From an uncultured Lachnospiraceae bacterium (lineage in GTDB: Bacteria; Bacillota; Clostridia; Lachnospirales; Lachnospiraceae), in contig CAMOER010000008.1 in NCBI GenBank assembly GCA_946612455.1, positions 24,934 to 88,933 on the forward strand: a stretch of DNA of 64,000 nt. Reading direction: 5' to 3'. Below the pieces are notes generated by a model. The model was given only the letters and a program-made list of their open reading frames with translations, did not search any database and was not told where the DNA came from. Shown here one piece after another: positions 1 through 9,323 of this stretch. The position numbers and the translations under genes are program-made. The first letter of the stretch is position 1, and every line of letters begins with the position of its first letter.

Positions 1-5
1 TTGCT

Positions 6-515
6 ATGACAGTATTCATCGAAAAGGAAACCGATATTGAACTTCGATGCGATGCGGAAGCGGTGATCCGGCGTGTTGCCGCACAGGCTTTGGCAGAGGA
101 AGGTTTTCCGGAAAATCTGGAGATCAATGTGCTCCTGACGGACGATGCAGCCATTCACGAGATCAATCAGTCCGAGCGGGAGATCGATGCAGCGACGGAT
201 GTTCTGTCCTTCCCGATGATCGAGTATGAGGAGCCGGGAAATGCAGCCGCGCTGGAAGACGCAGATATCGATCCCGAGACGGACGAGATCATTCTCGGAG
301 ATATCGTGATCTCCCTGGAACATGTCATTGCGCAGGCTGCGGAATATAACCACAGCCAGCGCCGGGAACTGGGGTTCCTGACAGCCCACAGCATGCTGCA
401 TCTGATGGGCTATGATCATATGACGGAGGATATGCGGGCCGATATGGAGGAACGGCAGGATCGGATCCTCGCAGCCTGCGGTATCCCGCGGGATGATGAG
501 GAAGCGCTCGTATGA
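6..515 (+). CDS. ybeY: endoribonuclease YbeY (rRNA maturation factor)
   Basis: 169-aa ORF with the C-terminal HSMLHLMGYDH motif (H-x3-H-x5-H metal site) typical of YbeY. Its stop overlaps the next gene. Confidence 0.9.
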   Translation: MTVFIEKETDIELRCDAEAVIRRVAAQALAEEGFPENLEINVLLTDDAAIHEINQSEREIDAATDVLSFPMIEYEEPGNAAALEDADIDPETDEIILGDIVISLEHVIAQAAEYNHSQRRELGFLTAHSMLHLMGYDHMTEDMRADMEERQDRILAACGIPRDDEEALV

Positions 516-1720
516 GCGGACTGTATATCATCGGAGCCGGTGCAGCGGGCCTTGCAGCTTCGATCGCAGCGGCCGAAGCCGGCGCACATCCGGTCCTTGT
601 GACCGGCCGTACCGCACCGGGGAAAAAGATCCTCGCGACCGGGAACGGACGCTGTAATTTCACCAACCTCCGGATGAAAAAGGACTGCTATTATTCTTCC
701 TGGACGGACGGCCCGATGCAGGTCATCCGATCCTTCGGAAGCGAAGATACCATCCGGTTTTTCAGAAAACTCGGACTGCTTTCCTGCGACAGGGACGGCT
801 ATGTCTATCCTCGCAGTATGCAGGCGGCTTCCGTGAGAGATGCACTCCTTGCAGGGATCCGCCGGCAGGGTGTGCAATTGATCGAAGAGGATCCGTTGTC
901 TGCGCTTACCGCATCGGATGACGGCGGATTTGGTCTTCAGCTGGCATCCGGCAGGATCCTGCAGGCTGACTGCGTGATCATGGCTGCCGGCGGCTGTGCC
1001 GCACCTTCGACCGGATCGGACGGAAGCGGACTCCGGATCGCGGAGAGACTCGGCCTGAAGGTAATCCCGGCGGTTCCCGCGCTGACCGGACTGCTCTCGG
1101 ATGATCCCTGCTGCCCGGTCTGGCACGGCGTCAGAACGCATGCGCGGGTCACTGTCTGCGACAGGAACGGAAAGCCGCATTCCGATACCGGGGAAGTGCA
1201 GCTGATGAAAAACGGCATTTCCGGCATTCCGGTATTTCAGATCAGCAGGCATACTGCCTACGTTCTTATGAAATCCGCTGTCTCGGAGGCGGTCATCGAT
1301 TTCATGCCTGAGGAGGATTCGGATCTTCAGGAGACACTCCGGATCCCGGATCTGACGATTTCTGAAGTCTTAAAGGGCGCTTTTCCGGCGAAGCTCGCGG
1401 AGGTATTCCTGCAGAAACTCGGCGAAAGGCCGGAAACGAAAGCTGCCCGCGTTAATTCCCGAAAACTGTTTCATCTGATCCATTCCTTCCGGATCCCGAT
1501 CACCGGTGTGCGGGGCTTTGCCGATGCGCAGGTCACCGCCGGCGGAGTCGATCTGCGTTCCGTGGATACGGAAACGATGGAATCGAAGAAATTCCCGGGA
1601 CTGTATTTTGCCGGTGAAATACTGGATGCAGACGGGATCTGCGGCGGCTATAACCTGCAGTGGGCTTTTGCCACCGGCGTTCTTGCCGGTACGGCCGCCG
1701 CTTCCAAAGTACGATCATGA
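512..1720 (+). CDS. NAD(P)/FAD-dependent oxidoreductase, HI0933/YhiN (BaiN-like) family
   Basis: N-terminal dinucleotide-binding GAGAAGL motif, a C-terminal GGYNLQWAFATG-like segment, and about 400 aa, all typical of this family. Confidence 0.75.
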   Translation: MSGLYIIGAGAAGLAASIAAAEAGAHPVLVTGRTAPGKKILATGNGRCNFTNLRMKKDCYYSSWTDGPMQVIRSFGSEDTIRFFRKLGLLSCDRDGYVYPRSMQAASVRDALLAGIRRQGVQLIEEDPLSALTASDDGGFGLQLASGRILQADCVIMAAGGCAAPSTGSDGSGLRIAERLGLKVIPAVPALTGLLSDDPCCPVWHGVRTHARVTVCDRNGKPHSDTGEVQLMKNGISGIPVFQISRHTAYVLMKSAVSEAVIDFMPEEDSDLQETLRIPDLTISEVLKGAFPAKLAEVFLQKLGERPETKAARVNSRKLFHLIHSFRIPITGVRGFADAQVTAGGVDLRSVDTETMESKKFPGLYFAGEILDADGICGGYNLQWAFATGVLAGTAAASKVRS

Positions 1721-3300
1721 TCAGAATCAGCAATATCAAACTGCCGCCGGGGTATGGTGCGGCAGATATCGAAAAACAATTGAGACGGATCGGCGTAAAG
1801 GGAAACGAGTATCAGCTTTCGAGGCTTTCCCTGGATGCCCGGAAGAAGGAGGATATTCATTATCTGGCTTCCGTCGACTTAAAAGAGACGGGCGCCCTGC
1901 GGCCGCGCGGCGGCATCCAGCTGTCGGAAATTCATGAAAGACCGTATGCGCCCCCGGAACATGGTTCCGGTACGCTGACCGGACGGCCCGTGATCATCGG
2001 CGCCGGACCTGCCGGCATGTTCGCCGGCCTTCTGCTTGCACAGCAGGGATACGCCCCGGTGGTAATTGAACGCGGGGCTCCGGCAGATGAACGGACGGGA
2101 ATCGTCCGGGATTTCTGGAATGGAGGTCAGATCGATCCGGATCCGGATTCCAATGCCTGCTTCGGCGAAGGCGGCGCAGGGACCTTTTCCGACGGAAAGC
2201 TGACGACCGGCATCAAAGACAGGAACGGACGGATCCGGCAGATCCTGCAGTGGTTTTATGAGGCCGGAGCGGATGAAGACATCCTTTACTGGCACAAACC
2301 GCATCTGGGCTCCGACAAGCTGCCGGGGATCATGATGAATATCCGCAAAAGAACGATTGCTTCCGGCGGATCCTACCGGTTTCACACCAGAGCCGAAAGA
2401 CTGATCATAAAAGACGGCGCCGTGCGGGGCGTTCTTCTGAAGAACAGCGCCGGAGAAACGGAAGAAATGGAAACGGGCTGTGTAATCCTGGCCTGCGGTC
2501 ATTCGGCCAGGGACACGATCCGTATACTGTATTCCCAGGGCGTGCCTGCGGAAAGCAAGAATTTTGCTGTCGGCCTCCGGATCGAACATCCGGCGGAAAT
2601 GATCAACAGCGCACAGTACGGGAAGACACAGGATCAGCTTCCGACAGCGGATTATAAGTTGACCGGGCAGAGCGAGGACGGACACGGCGTCTATTCCTTC
2701 TGCATGTGCCCGGGCGGCTGTGTGGTCGATTCCTCCACCGAACCCGGCATGATCTGCGTGAACGGTATGAGCCTGAAGGCCCGGGACGGCAGAAATTCCA
2801 ATTCCGCAATCGTGGTCGGCGTCGGACCGGCGGATTTCGGAGAAGGCGTATTTGCCGGGATGGACATGCAGATCCGTCTGGAAAAAGCAGCCTTCAGAGC
2901 CGGCGGCGGGAAGATCCCGGTCCAGCTTCTGGGCGATTTCATAAACGGGAAGGAATCCAGAGCCTTCGGCGATGTACAGCCGGATATCCGGGGAGCCTTT
3001 GCTTTTGCAGATCTCCGGGAGGTCTTGACGGATTCTCTTTCTTCGTCGATAATATCCGTAATGCCGAATTTCGGCAGAAGGATAGACGGATTCGACCGGT
3101 ATGATGCGGTCCTGTCCGGTGTGGAGAGCAGAACGTCCTCCCCTGTCAGGATCAACAGAGATGAACATTTTGAGAGCAGTATAAAAGGACTTTTCCCCTG
3201 CGGAGAGGGCGCCGGCTATGCGGGCGGGATCACATCCGCCGCAGCCGACGGGATGAAGACAGCAGAGGAGATCATAGGAAGATATAAGCCATGGATATGA
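1717..3300 (+). CDS. FAD-dependent protein (COG2509-type NAD(P)/FAD oxidoreductase)
   Basis: The ATG at 1717 overlaps the upstream stop (ATGA). GAGPAG dinucleotide-binding motif and a C-terminal GEGAGYAGGI motif. The longer 1660 start in the ORF track lies inside the upstream gene. Confidence 0.7.
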   Translation: MIRISNIKLPPGYGAADIEKQLRRIGVKGNEYQLSRLSLDARKKEDIHYLASVDLKETGALRPRGGIQLSEIHERPYAPPEHGSGTLTGRPVIIGAGPAGMFAGLLLAQQGYAPVVIERGAPADERTGIVRDFWNGGQIDPDPDSNACFGEGGAGTFSDGKLTTGIKDRNGRIRQILQWFYEAGADEDILYWHKPHLGSDKLPGIMMNIRKRTIASGGSYRFHTRAERLIIKDGAVRGVLLKNSAGETEEMETGCVILACGHSARDTIRILYSQGVPAESKNFAVGLRIEHPAEMINSAQYGKTQDQLPTADYKLTGQSEDGHGVYSFCMCPGGCVVDSSTEPGMICVNGMSLKARDGRNSNSAIVVGVGPADFGEGVFAGMDMQIRLEKAAFRAGGGKIPVQLLGDFINGKESRAFGDVQPDIRGAFAFADLREVLTDSLSSSIISVMPNFGRRIDGFDRYDAVLSGVESRTSSPVRINRDEHFESSIKGLFPCGEGAGYAGGITSAAADGMKTAEEIIGRYKPWI

Positions 3301-3515
3301 AAGACATTGACCGTATCAATACACTGTACCACAAAGCGAAGGCCGTGGGACTGACACCGGAGGAAAAAGCCGAACAGGACCGGCTGCGGCAGGAATATAT
3401 TGCAGCGATCCGGGCCAATCTGCGGGGGACGCTGGACAGTACGAAGATCCAGTATCCGGACGGACGGATCGTCGATCTGGGGGAAAAATACGGCAACAAA
3501 GGCAAAAAACACTAA
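3291..3515 (+). CDS. DUF896 family protein (YnzC-like)
   Basis: 74-aa helical protein. The INxLxxKxKxxGLTxEExxEQxxLRxEY pattern matches the UPF0291/DUF896 family. Confidence 0.7.
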   Translation: MDMKDIDRINTLYHKAKAVGLTPEEKAEQDRLRQEYIAAIRANLRGTLDSTKIQYPDGRIVDLGEKYGNKGKKH

Positions 3516-3527
3516 GGAGCTGGGGAT

Positions 3528-4988
3528 ATGAAGACCTTTCGAGCAGCTGCCTGCGCGGCAGTGATGGGACTGATGATACTTGTTTTTTCCGTACCGGCAT
3601 TCGGCGCAGATCTTTATCCGCTGGCAGACGGAAAGAGCATGGTGTATACCTATCCGATAAAATCCGGCAGTATTACCGTCTATTCTGATGAGAATCTGTC
3701 TGTGCAGACGGAGAAAATCAAGGGAAGCAAGACATATGCCGCGATCATGAAACAGTCCGGATCCGCCATCTACGCAAAATACAAGTACAACGGGAAACTG
3801 AAGGAAGGCTGGTTCAAGGCCTCGGTTTTCCTTTGTCAGCCGTCATACGAGTCTGCAGATGCCTGTACAAGGTATGATGCAAAAGTCATCCGTACCGTCA
3901 AAAAGAAAAAATCCTTCGGCTCGATCCCCGCGTTTTCCAAACTGCAGATCGTCGGGGAATATAAGGGATACCGGCAGATTGTCTTCCAGTACGGAAAGAA
4001 ATACCGTATGGGCTGGGTCACCGAGAGTGTCTATAATAATAAGATCAAGCTGTATGACGGTTCCGAAAAGCAGATCATGGCCGATGGGACCTACACGCTC
4101 GCACCGAAGAGCGGAAAAGGGATGCTTGTGACTTCGGAGAACGGCAAAGTGGCGCTGGCAGAAGCGGATAAGAACGCAAAACAGAAGTTCGTGTTCGAAT
4201 ATTATACGAGCGATTATTTCCGTATCAGCAGCTCCGCTGACAGTTTGTACCTGACCTATAATGCATCCGGAGAAGGCGATCCTGTCATCATGGCTGCGAA
4301 ATCTGCAGATCCGGATGATAAAACACAGCTCTGGCATATGGAACGCTACGGCGCCTATTATTATCTGAAGAATGCTGCAGCCGGCCAATATCTGTATGCG
4401 GATGACACTTTCTGCCTGAAACCGGCCGGCGGCAATGATCACAAGAGATTCCGGGTCGTCATGGCAGACGGAAAGAACAAGAATCACTGGAGGGTCTTCT
4501 GCCAGTACGAACCGGACTGGGGCGGTAAGAAGTACGGAAGGACAAACAACATGGCAGCTTCCGCCTGCGGCATCCTGTCCCTGACCAATACGGTCTATGC
4601 GCTCAACGGACAGTATATAGATCCGATGAAGACGGCAGCCTTCGCAGTGAAGAAGAAATACAGAGTCGAGGGCAGCGGCACGAGCTACAAGGTCTTTGCA
4701 GCCGCAGCAAAGCAATTCGGCAAGACGTACGGCTTCGAGTATCTGGGTGCCACGACCAGTTTCAACGTACTGAAAAAGCATCTGAAGAAAGGGGAGACGG
4801 CGATCGCCTATGTGCCCGGTCATTATATGGCCTGCGTAGCCTATAAAGGCGGAAAATACCTGATGCTGGAATCCGCGTACGGCAAGAAGCGCGGAACGAC
4901 CCCTTACGGAGACTGGGTGACCGCCTCCCGGCTGAAGAGCGGCGCGATGAAATCGAAGAACTTTTTCGTCTTTAAAGCCACGGACTGA
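3528..4988 (+). CDS. secreted multidomain protein: SH3b-like repeats, ricin-type lectin-like segment, C-terminal C39/papain-like cysteine peptidase-like domain
   Basis: Signal peptide MKTFRAAACAAVMGLMILVFSVPAFGA. GWV/GWF SH3b-like motifs. QKFVFEY and QLWHMERYG (QxW-like) lectin motifs. C-terminal Cys (ASACGILS) and His (GHYMACVAY) spaced as in C39-like peptidases. Confidence 0.55.
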   Translation: MKTFRAAACAAVMGLMILVFSVPAFGADLYPLADGKSMVYTYPIKSGSITVYSDENLSVQTEKIKGSKTYAAIMKQSGSAIYAKYKYNGKLKEGWFKASVFLCQPSYESADACTRYDAKVIRTVKKKKSFGSIPAFSKLQIVGEYKGYRQIVFQYGKKYRMGWVTESVYNNKIKLYDGSEKQIMADGTYTLAPKSGKGMLVTSENGKVALAEADKNAKQKFVFEYYTSDYFRISSSADSLYLTYNASGEGDPVIMAAKSADPDDKTQLWHMERYGAYYYLKNAAAGQYLYADDTFCLKPAGGNDHKRFRVVMADGKNKNHWRVFCQYEPDWGGKKYGRTNNMAASACGILSLTNTVYALNGQYIDPMKTAAFAVKKKYRVEGSGTSYKVFAAAAKQFGKTYGFEYLGATTSFNVLKKHLKKGETAIAYVPGHYMACVAYKGGKYLMLESAYGKKRGTTPYGDWVTASRLKSGAMKSKNFFVFKATD

Positions 4989-4997
4989 TCTGATCAC

Positions 4998-5040
4998 AAG
5001 AAGCAAAGCAGTAAGTATTCTGCTTTGCTTCTTTTCAAAT
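4998..5040 (+). terminator. rho-independent terminator
   Basis: 14-bp perfect stem AAGAAGCAAAGCAG / CTGCTTTGCTTCTT with an 8-nt loop, followed by a T-rich tail. Confidence 0.75.
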
Positions 5041-5167
5041 TACGGCTTGCTATAATACGTCCGTTTTGCTAAAATGATTAATCAGCCTTGTCCTTTCCTG
5101 CAGTGTGCGGGACAGTGACATCTGACCTGGGACAGGAATTCGCTTTGCGATTAAAGGATTGAGAAGA

Positions 5168-6607
5168 ATGACAAAATTTGACCTGGATATGATCGACATC
5201 ACGATGCCGCCGCCTGAATATGAACCCATGCGGCAGTACTATTATATGCGTCTCTGCAGGGATATTATCTGCAGAATGCAGACGGAAAAAGGAAGACCGC
5301 TCACCTGCTGCGTCAACACCTTCGGCTGCCAGATGAACGCCCGGGATTCGGAAAAGCTGCTCGGCGTGCTGACAGCGGTGGGGTTTACGGAAAGCGAAGA
5401 TGAGAATGCCGATCTGGTCCTCTACAATACCTGTACGGTCAGAGAAAATGCCAATGTCCGTGTCTACGGACGCCTGGGGCATCTGCATCACTATAAAAAG
5501 AAGAATCCCGATATGCTGATCGGCCTGTGCGGCTGCATGATGCAGGAACCGAAGGTCGTGGAAAAGCTCAGATCCTCCTATCCTTTCGTGGACCTGATCT
5601 TCGGCACCCATAATGTCTATAAGCTGGCAGAGCTTCTGTACCGCGTTCTGGCAGAAAAAACAAGAGTCATTGATATCTGGGACAAAGCGGATGCGATCGT
5701 GGAGGATCTTCCGGTCAACCGGAAATATTCCTTCAAATCCGGCGTCAATATCTCTTTTGGCTGCAACAATTTCTGCACCTACTGCATCGTTCCTTACGTC
5801 AGAGGCCGGGAACGCAGCCGCGCACCGGAGGATATCCTGAAAGAGATCCGGCAGCTGGCCGATGACGGCGTGATCGAGATCATGCTGCTCGGGCAGAATG
5901 TCAATTCCTACGGCAAGGATCTGGAGACGCCCATGACATTTTCCGAACTGCTCCGGGAAGTGGAGAAGATCGAAGGGATCCGAAGGATCCGGTTCATGAC
6001 GTCCCATCCGAAGGATCTTTCGGATGAACTGATCGCTGTCATGAAGGACAGCAAAAAAATCTGCAGGCATCTGCATCTGCCGCTGCAGTCGGGAAGCACA
6101 AAGCTCCTTGCGGCCATGAACCGCAGATATACCAAAGAAGATTATCTGAACCTGGCACTGAAGATCCGGCGAGAGATCCCGGACATTTCCCTGACAACGG
6201 ATATCATTGTCGGCTTCCCCGGCGAGACGGAAGAGGATTTTCAGGATACGCTGGACGTCGTCCGCCAGGTCCGTTATGAGAGCGCATTCACCTTCATCTA
6301 TTCGCCCCGCACAGGCACGCCGGCCGCGAAGATGGAGCAGGTACCGGAAGCTGTTGTCCATGAACGCTTTGACAGACTTCTTGCCGAAGTGCAGGAGATC
6401 GCGAAGGAAGTTTGCTGCAGGGATACCGGAAAGATAATGGAAGTGCTGGTCGAAGAGGTCAATGAGAAGGATCCTTCACTGCTGACCGGCAGACTGTCGA
6501 ATCATATCATGGTCCATTTCCCGGGATGTCCGGCGCTTGTCGGCAGGCTGGTCAATGTGAAGCTGACGTCAGCGCACGGATTCTATTATCAGGGAGAAAT
6601 GGTCTGA
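5168..6607 (+). CDS. miaB: tRNA (N6-isopentenyl-A37) methylthiotransferase MiaB
   Basis: UPF0004 N-domain (NTFGCQMN), radical-SAM CNNFCTYC motif and C-terminal TRAM region. The ATG at 5168 follows an AAGGA RBS; the track start at 5159 is a TTG. Confidence 0.9.
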   Translation: MTKFDLDMIDITMPPPEYEPMRQYYYMRLCRDIICRMQTEKGRPLTCCVNTFGCQMNARDSEKLLGVLTAVGFTESEDENADLVLYNTCTVRENANVRVYGRLGHLHHYKKKNPDMLIGLCGCMMQEPKVVEKLRSSYPFVDLIFGTHNVYKLAELLYRVLAEKTRVIDIWDKADAIVEDLPVNRKYSFKSGVNISFGCNNFCTYCIVPYVRGRERSRAPEDILKEIRQLADDGVIEIMLLGQNVNSYGKDLETPMTFSELLREVEKIEGIRRIRFMTSHPKDLSDELIAVMKDSKKICRHLHLPLQSGSTKLLAAMNRRYTKEDYLNLALKIRREIPDISLTTDIIVGFPGETEEDFQDTLDVVRQVRYESAFTFIYSPRTGTPAAKMEQVPEAVVHERFDRLLAEVQEIAKEVCCRDTGKIMEVLVEEVNEKDPSLLTGRLSNHIMVHFPGCPALVGRLVNVKLTSAHGFYYQGEMV

Positions 6608-6655
6608 TCTGGGGCGTCCTGCAGGGACTGCCCGATTTGGAGAGGTTTGATACAC

Positions 6656-9304
6656 ATGATGACACCGATGATGCAGCATTATCTGGATACGAAAAAAGAG
6701 TATCCGGACTGCATTTTATTCTACAGGCTCGGCGATTTTTATGAAATGTTCTACGAGGACGCCATCACGGTCTCCCGGGAACTTGAACTGACGCTGACGG
6801 GCAAGGACTGCGGCATGCCGGAACGTGCGCCCATGTGCGGCGTGCCGCATCATGCAGCCGACGTCTATATCAGCAAGCTCGTGGAACGGGGATTTAAAGT
6901 CGCCATTGCAGAGCAGACGGAGGATCCGAAGCAGGCAAAGGGACTGGTACGCCGGGAAGTCGTCCGGATCGTGACGCCCGGGACGAACATGGCCCCGCAG
7001 GCGCTGGAAGAAGGCAGAAACAATTACATCATGTGCATTGCTGCGCAGGACCGGGAATTCGGACTTTCCGCAGCAGATGTTTCTACGGGCGAATTTTTTG
7101 CGACGGAAGTGACCTCTGTCGGAGAACTGTTCGATGAGATCTATAAATTCATGCCGTCCGAGATCATCGTAAATGAAGCCTTTATGATCCGCGGCGTGGA
7201 TACAGATGAACTGAAGAACCGCTATCATATGATGATCTCCGTGCTGCCGGCTTCGTATTTTAAGGAAACGGACTGCGTGAAACGGCTCTGTGATCATTTC
7301 GATGTCTATTCCTATGAAAGCCTGGGCTTTAAGGACCGCCACGCGGCAGGTCTTGCTTCCGGCGCTATGCTCATTTATCTGGATGAGACACAGAAGATCG
7401 CGCTCACGCATATTACCGGGGTCAGCCTGTATGACCGTGGGAAATATATGATCATCGATACGTCCACCAGAAGAAATCTGGAACTGACCGAGACGCTGCG
7501 GGAGAAGAAGAAGCACGGGACGCTTCTGTGGGTCCTGGACCGGACGAAGACCGCCATGGGCGCCAGACTCCTGCGTACCATTATCGAACAGCCGCTCCTC
7601 ACAAAGGAGGAGATCATCCGTCGGCAGGATGCGATTCAGGATCTTCTGGACGATCTGATCACCAGAGAGGAGCTGCGGGAATATCTGGCTCCTGTCTATG
7701 ACCTGGAGCGTCTGATGGGAAGGATCACCTTCCATACGGCCGGTCCCAGAGATCTGATCGCTTTTAAGACATCCCTGGAAATGCTGCCGCATATCAGAGG
7801 ACTGCTGCAGGGCTTTGAGAGTGCCCTGCTTACAGAGCTTCATGAGGATATGGATGATCTCACAGATATCTGCGCAATGATCGGCGCAGCGATCAATGAT
7901 GATCCGCCGCTGTCCTCGAAGGAAGGCGGCATTATCAAGGCCGGATATTCCGAAGAAGCCGACCGGCTCCGGGAGGCAAAAACAGAGGGTAACGGCTGGC
8001 TGAAAGAGCTCGAAGAAACAGAAAAAGAGCGCACAGGCATCAAGAACCTGCGTATCAAATACAACAGAGTATTCGGCTATTATCTGGAGGTCACCAACTC
8101 CTTTAAGGATCTGGTACCGGAGGATTATATCCGGAAGCAGACGCTGACGAATGCCGAACGGTACACGACGCCGCGGCTGAAAGAACTTGAGAACGTCATT
8201 CTGGGCGCCGATGAAAAACTGACCGCGTTGGAATATGACATTTTCTGTGAGATCCGGGAGCATATTTCGGGACAAGTCGCACGTGTTCAGAAGACAGCCC
8301 ATGCGGTTGCCATGCTGGATGTGCTGCTGTCGCTGGCGCATGCCGCAGAGCATGAGCATTTCGTGCGGCCGAAGATCAACGACAAAGGAAGCATCAATAT
8401 CATCGGCGGACGTCATCCGGTGGTTGCCAAAATGATGAAGGATGAGCCGTTCGTACCGAACGATACGAAGCTGGATCTGAAGGAGCACAGGATCGCCGTC
8501 ATCACCGGACCGAACATGGCCGGTAAGTCCACGTACATGCGGCAGACAGCGCTGATCGTGCTGATGGCGCAGACCGGATCCTTTGTCCCGGCCGATAAGG
8601 CGGACATCGGGATCAGCGACCGGATCTTCACTCGCGTCGGCGCATCGGACGATCTCGCTTCCGGGCAGAGCACCTTCATGGTGGAAATGACGGAAGTGGC
8701 CAACATCCTGCGGAATGCTACCAGGAATTCCCTTCTGATCCTGGACGAGATCGGCAGGGGCACGAGCACATTTGACGGCCTGGCGATCGCGTGGGCGGTC
8801 GTGGAGCATATCAGTCAGCCGAAGCTGATCGGCGCGAAAACGCTTTTTGCGACGCATTATCATGAACTGACGGAGCTGGAAGGTCATCTTCCCGGCGTGA
8901 ACAACTACTGCATTGCCGTCAAGGAGCAGGGAGATACGATCGTTTTCCTGCGTAAGATCGTTGCCGGCGGCGCGGACAAGAGCTACGGTATCCAGGTCGC
9001 AAAGCTGGCCGGCGTTCCCGGACAGGTGATCGAGAGAGCGAAGGAACTCGTCGCGGAACTGTCCGATGCGGATATCTCGGCACGTGCTAGAGAAGTCGCA
9101 GAGTCGGGGGTCACCGACAGGAAAAAACACGTTCCGAAACCGGATTACGTCGACAGGAACCAGCTTTCGCTGTTCGATACGAACAGTGACGACGAGATCC
9201 TGAAGGAGATCGACAGCCTGGAGCTTTCCACGATGACACCGATCGATGCACTGAATACACTGTATTCGCTGCAGGCTAAAAGAAAGAACCGCTGGCAGGG
9301 ATAA
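6656..9304 (+). CDS. mutS: DNA mismatch repair protein MutS
   Basis: N-terminal TPMMQHYL..FYRLGDFYE mismatch-binding motif. Walker A GPNMAGKST. DEIGRGTST motif. Confidence 0.95.
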   Translation: MMTPMMQHYLDTKKEYPDCILFYRLGDFYEMFYEDAITVSRELELTLTGKDCGMPERAPMCGVPHHAADVYISKLVERGFKVAIAEQTEDPKQAKGLVRREVVRIVTPGTNMAPQALEEGRNNYIMCIAAQDREFGLSAADVSTGEFFATEVTSVGELFDEIYKFMPSEIIVNEAFMIRGVDTDELKNRYHMMISVLPASYFKETDCVKRLCDHFDVYSYESLGFKDRHAAGLASGAMLIYLDETQKIALTHITGVSLYDRGKYMIIDTSTRRNLELTETLREKKKHGTLLWVLDRTKTAMGARLLRTIIEQPLLTKEEIIRRQDAIQDLLDDLITREELREYLAPVYDLERLMGRITFHTAGPRDLIAFKTSLEMLPHIRGLLQGFESALLTELHEDMDDLTDICAMIGAAINDDPPLSSKEGGIIKAGYSEEADRLREAKTEGNGWLKELEETEKERTGIKNLRIKYNRVFGYYLEVTNSFKDLVPEDYIRKQTLTNAERYTTPRLKELENVILGADEKLTALEYDIFCEIREHISGQVARVQKTAHAVAMLDVLLSLAHAAEHEHFVRPKINDKGSINIIGGRHPVVAKMMKDEPFVPNDTKLDLKEHRIAVITGPNMAGKSTYMRQTALIVLMAQTGSFVPADKADIGISDRIFTRVGASDDLASGQSTFMVEMTEVANILRNATRNSLLILDEIGRGTSTFDGLAIAWAVVEHISQPKLIGAKTLFATHYHELTELEGHLPGVNNYCIAVKEQGDTIVFLRKIVAGGADKSYGIQVAKLAGVPGQVIERAKELVAELSDADISARAREVAESGVTDRKKHVPKPDYVDRNQLSLFDTNSDDEILKEIDSLELSTMTPIDALNTLYSLQAKRKNRWQG

Positions 9305-9323
9305 AGGATAAAACGGAGGCATC

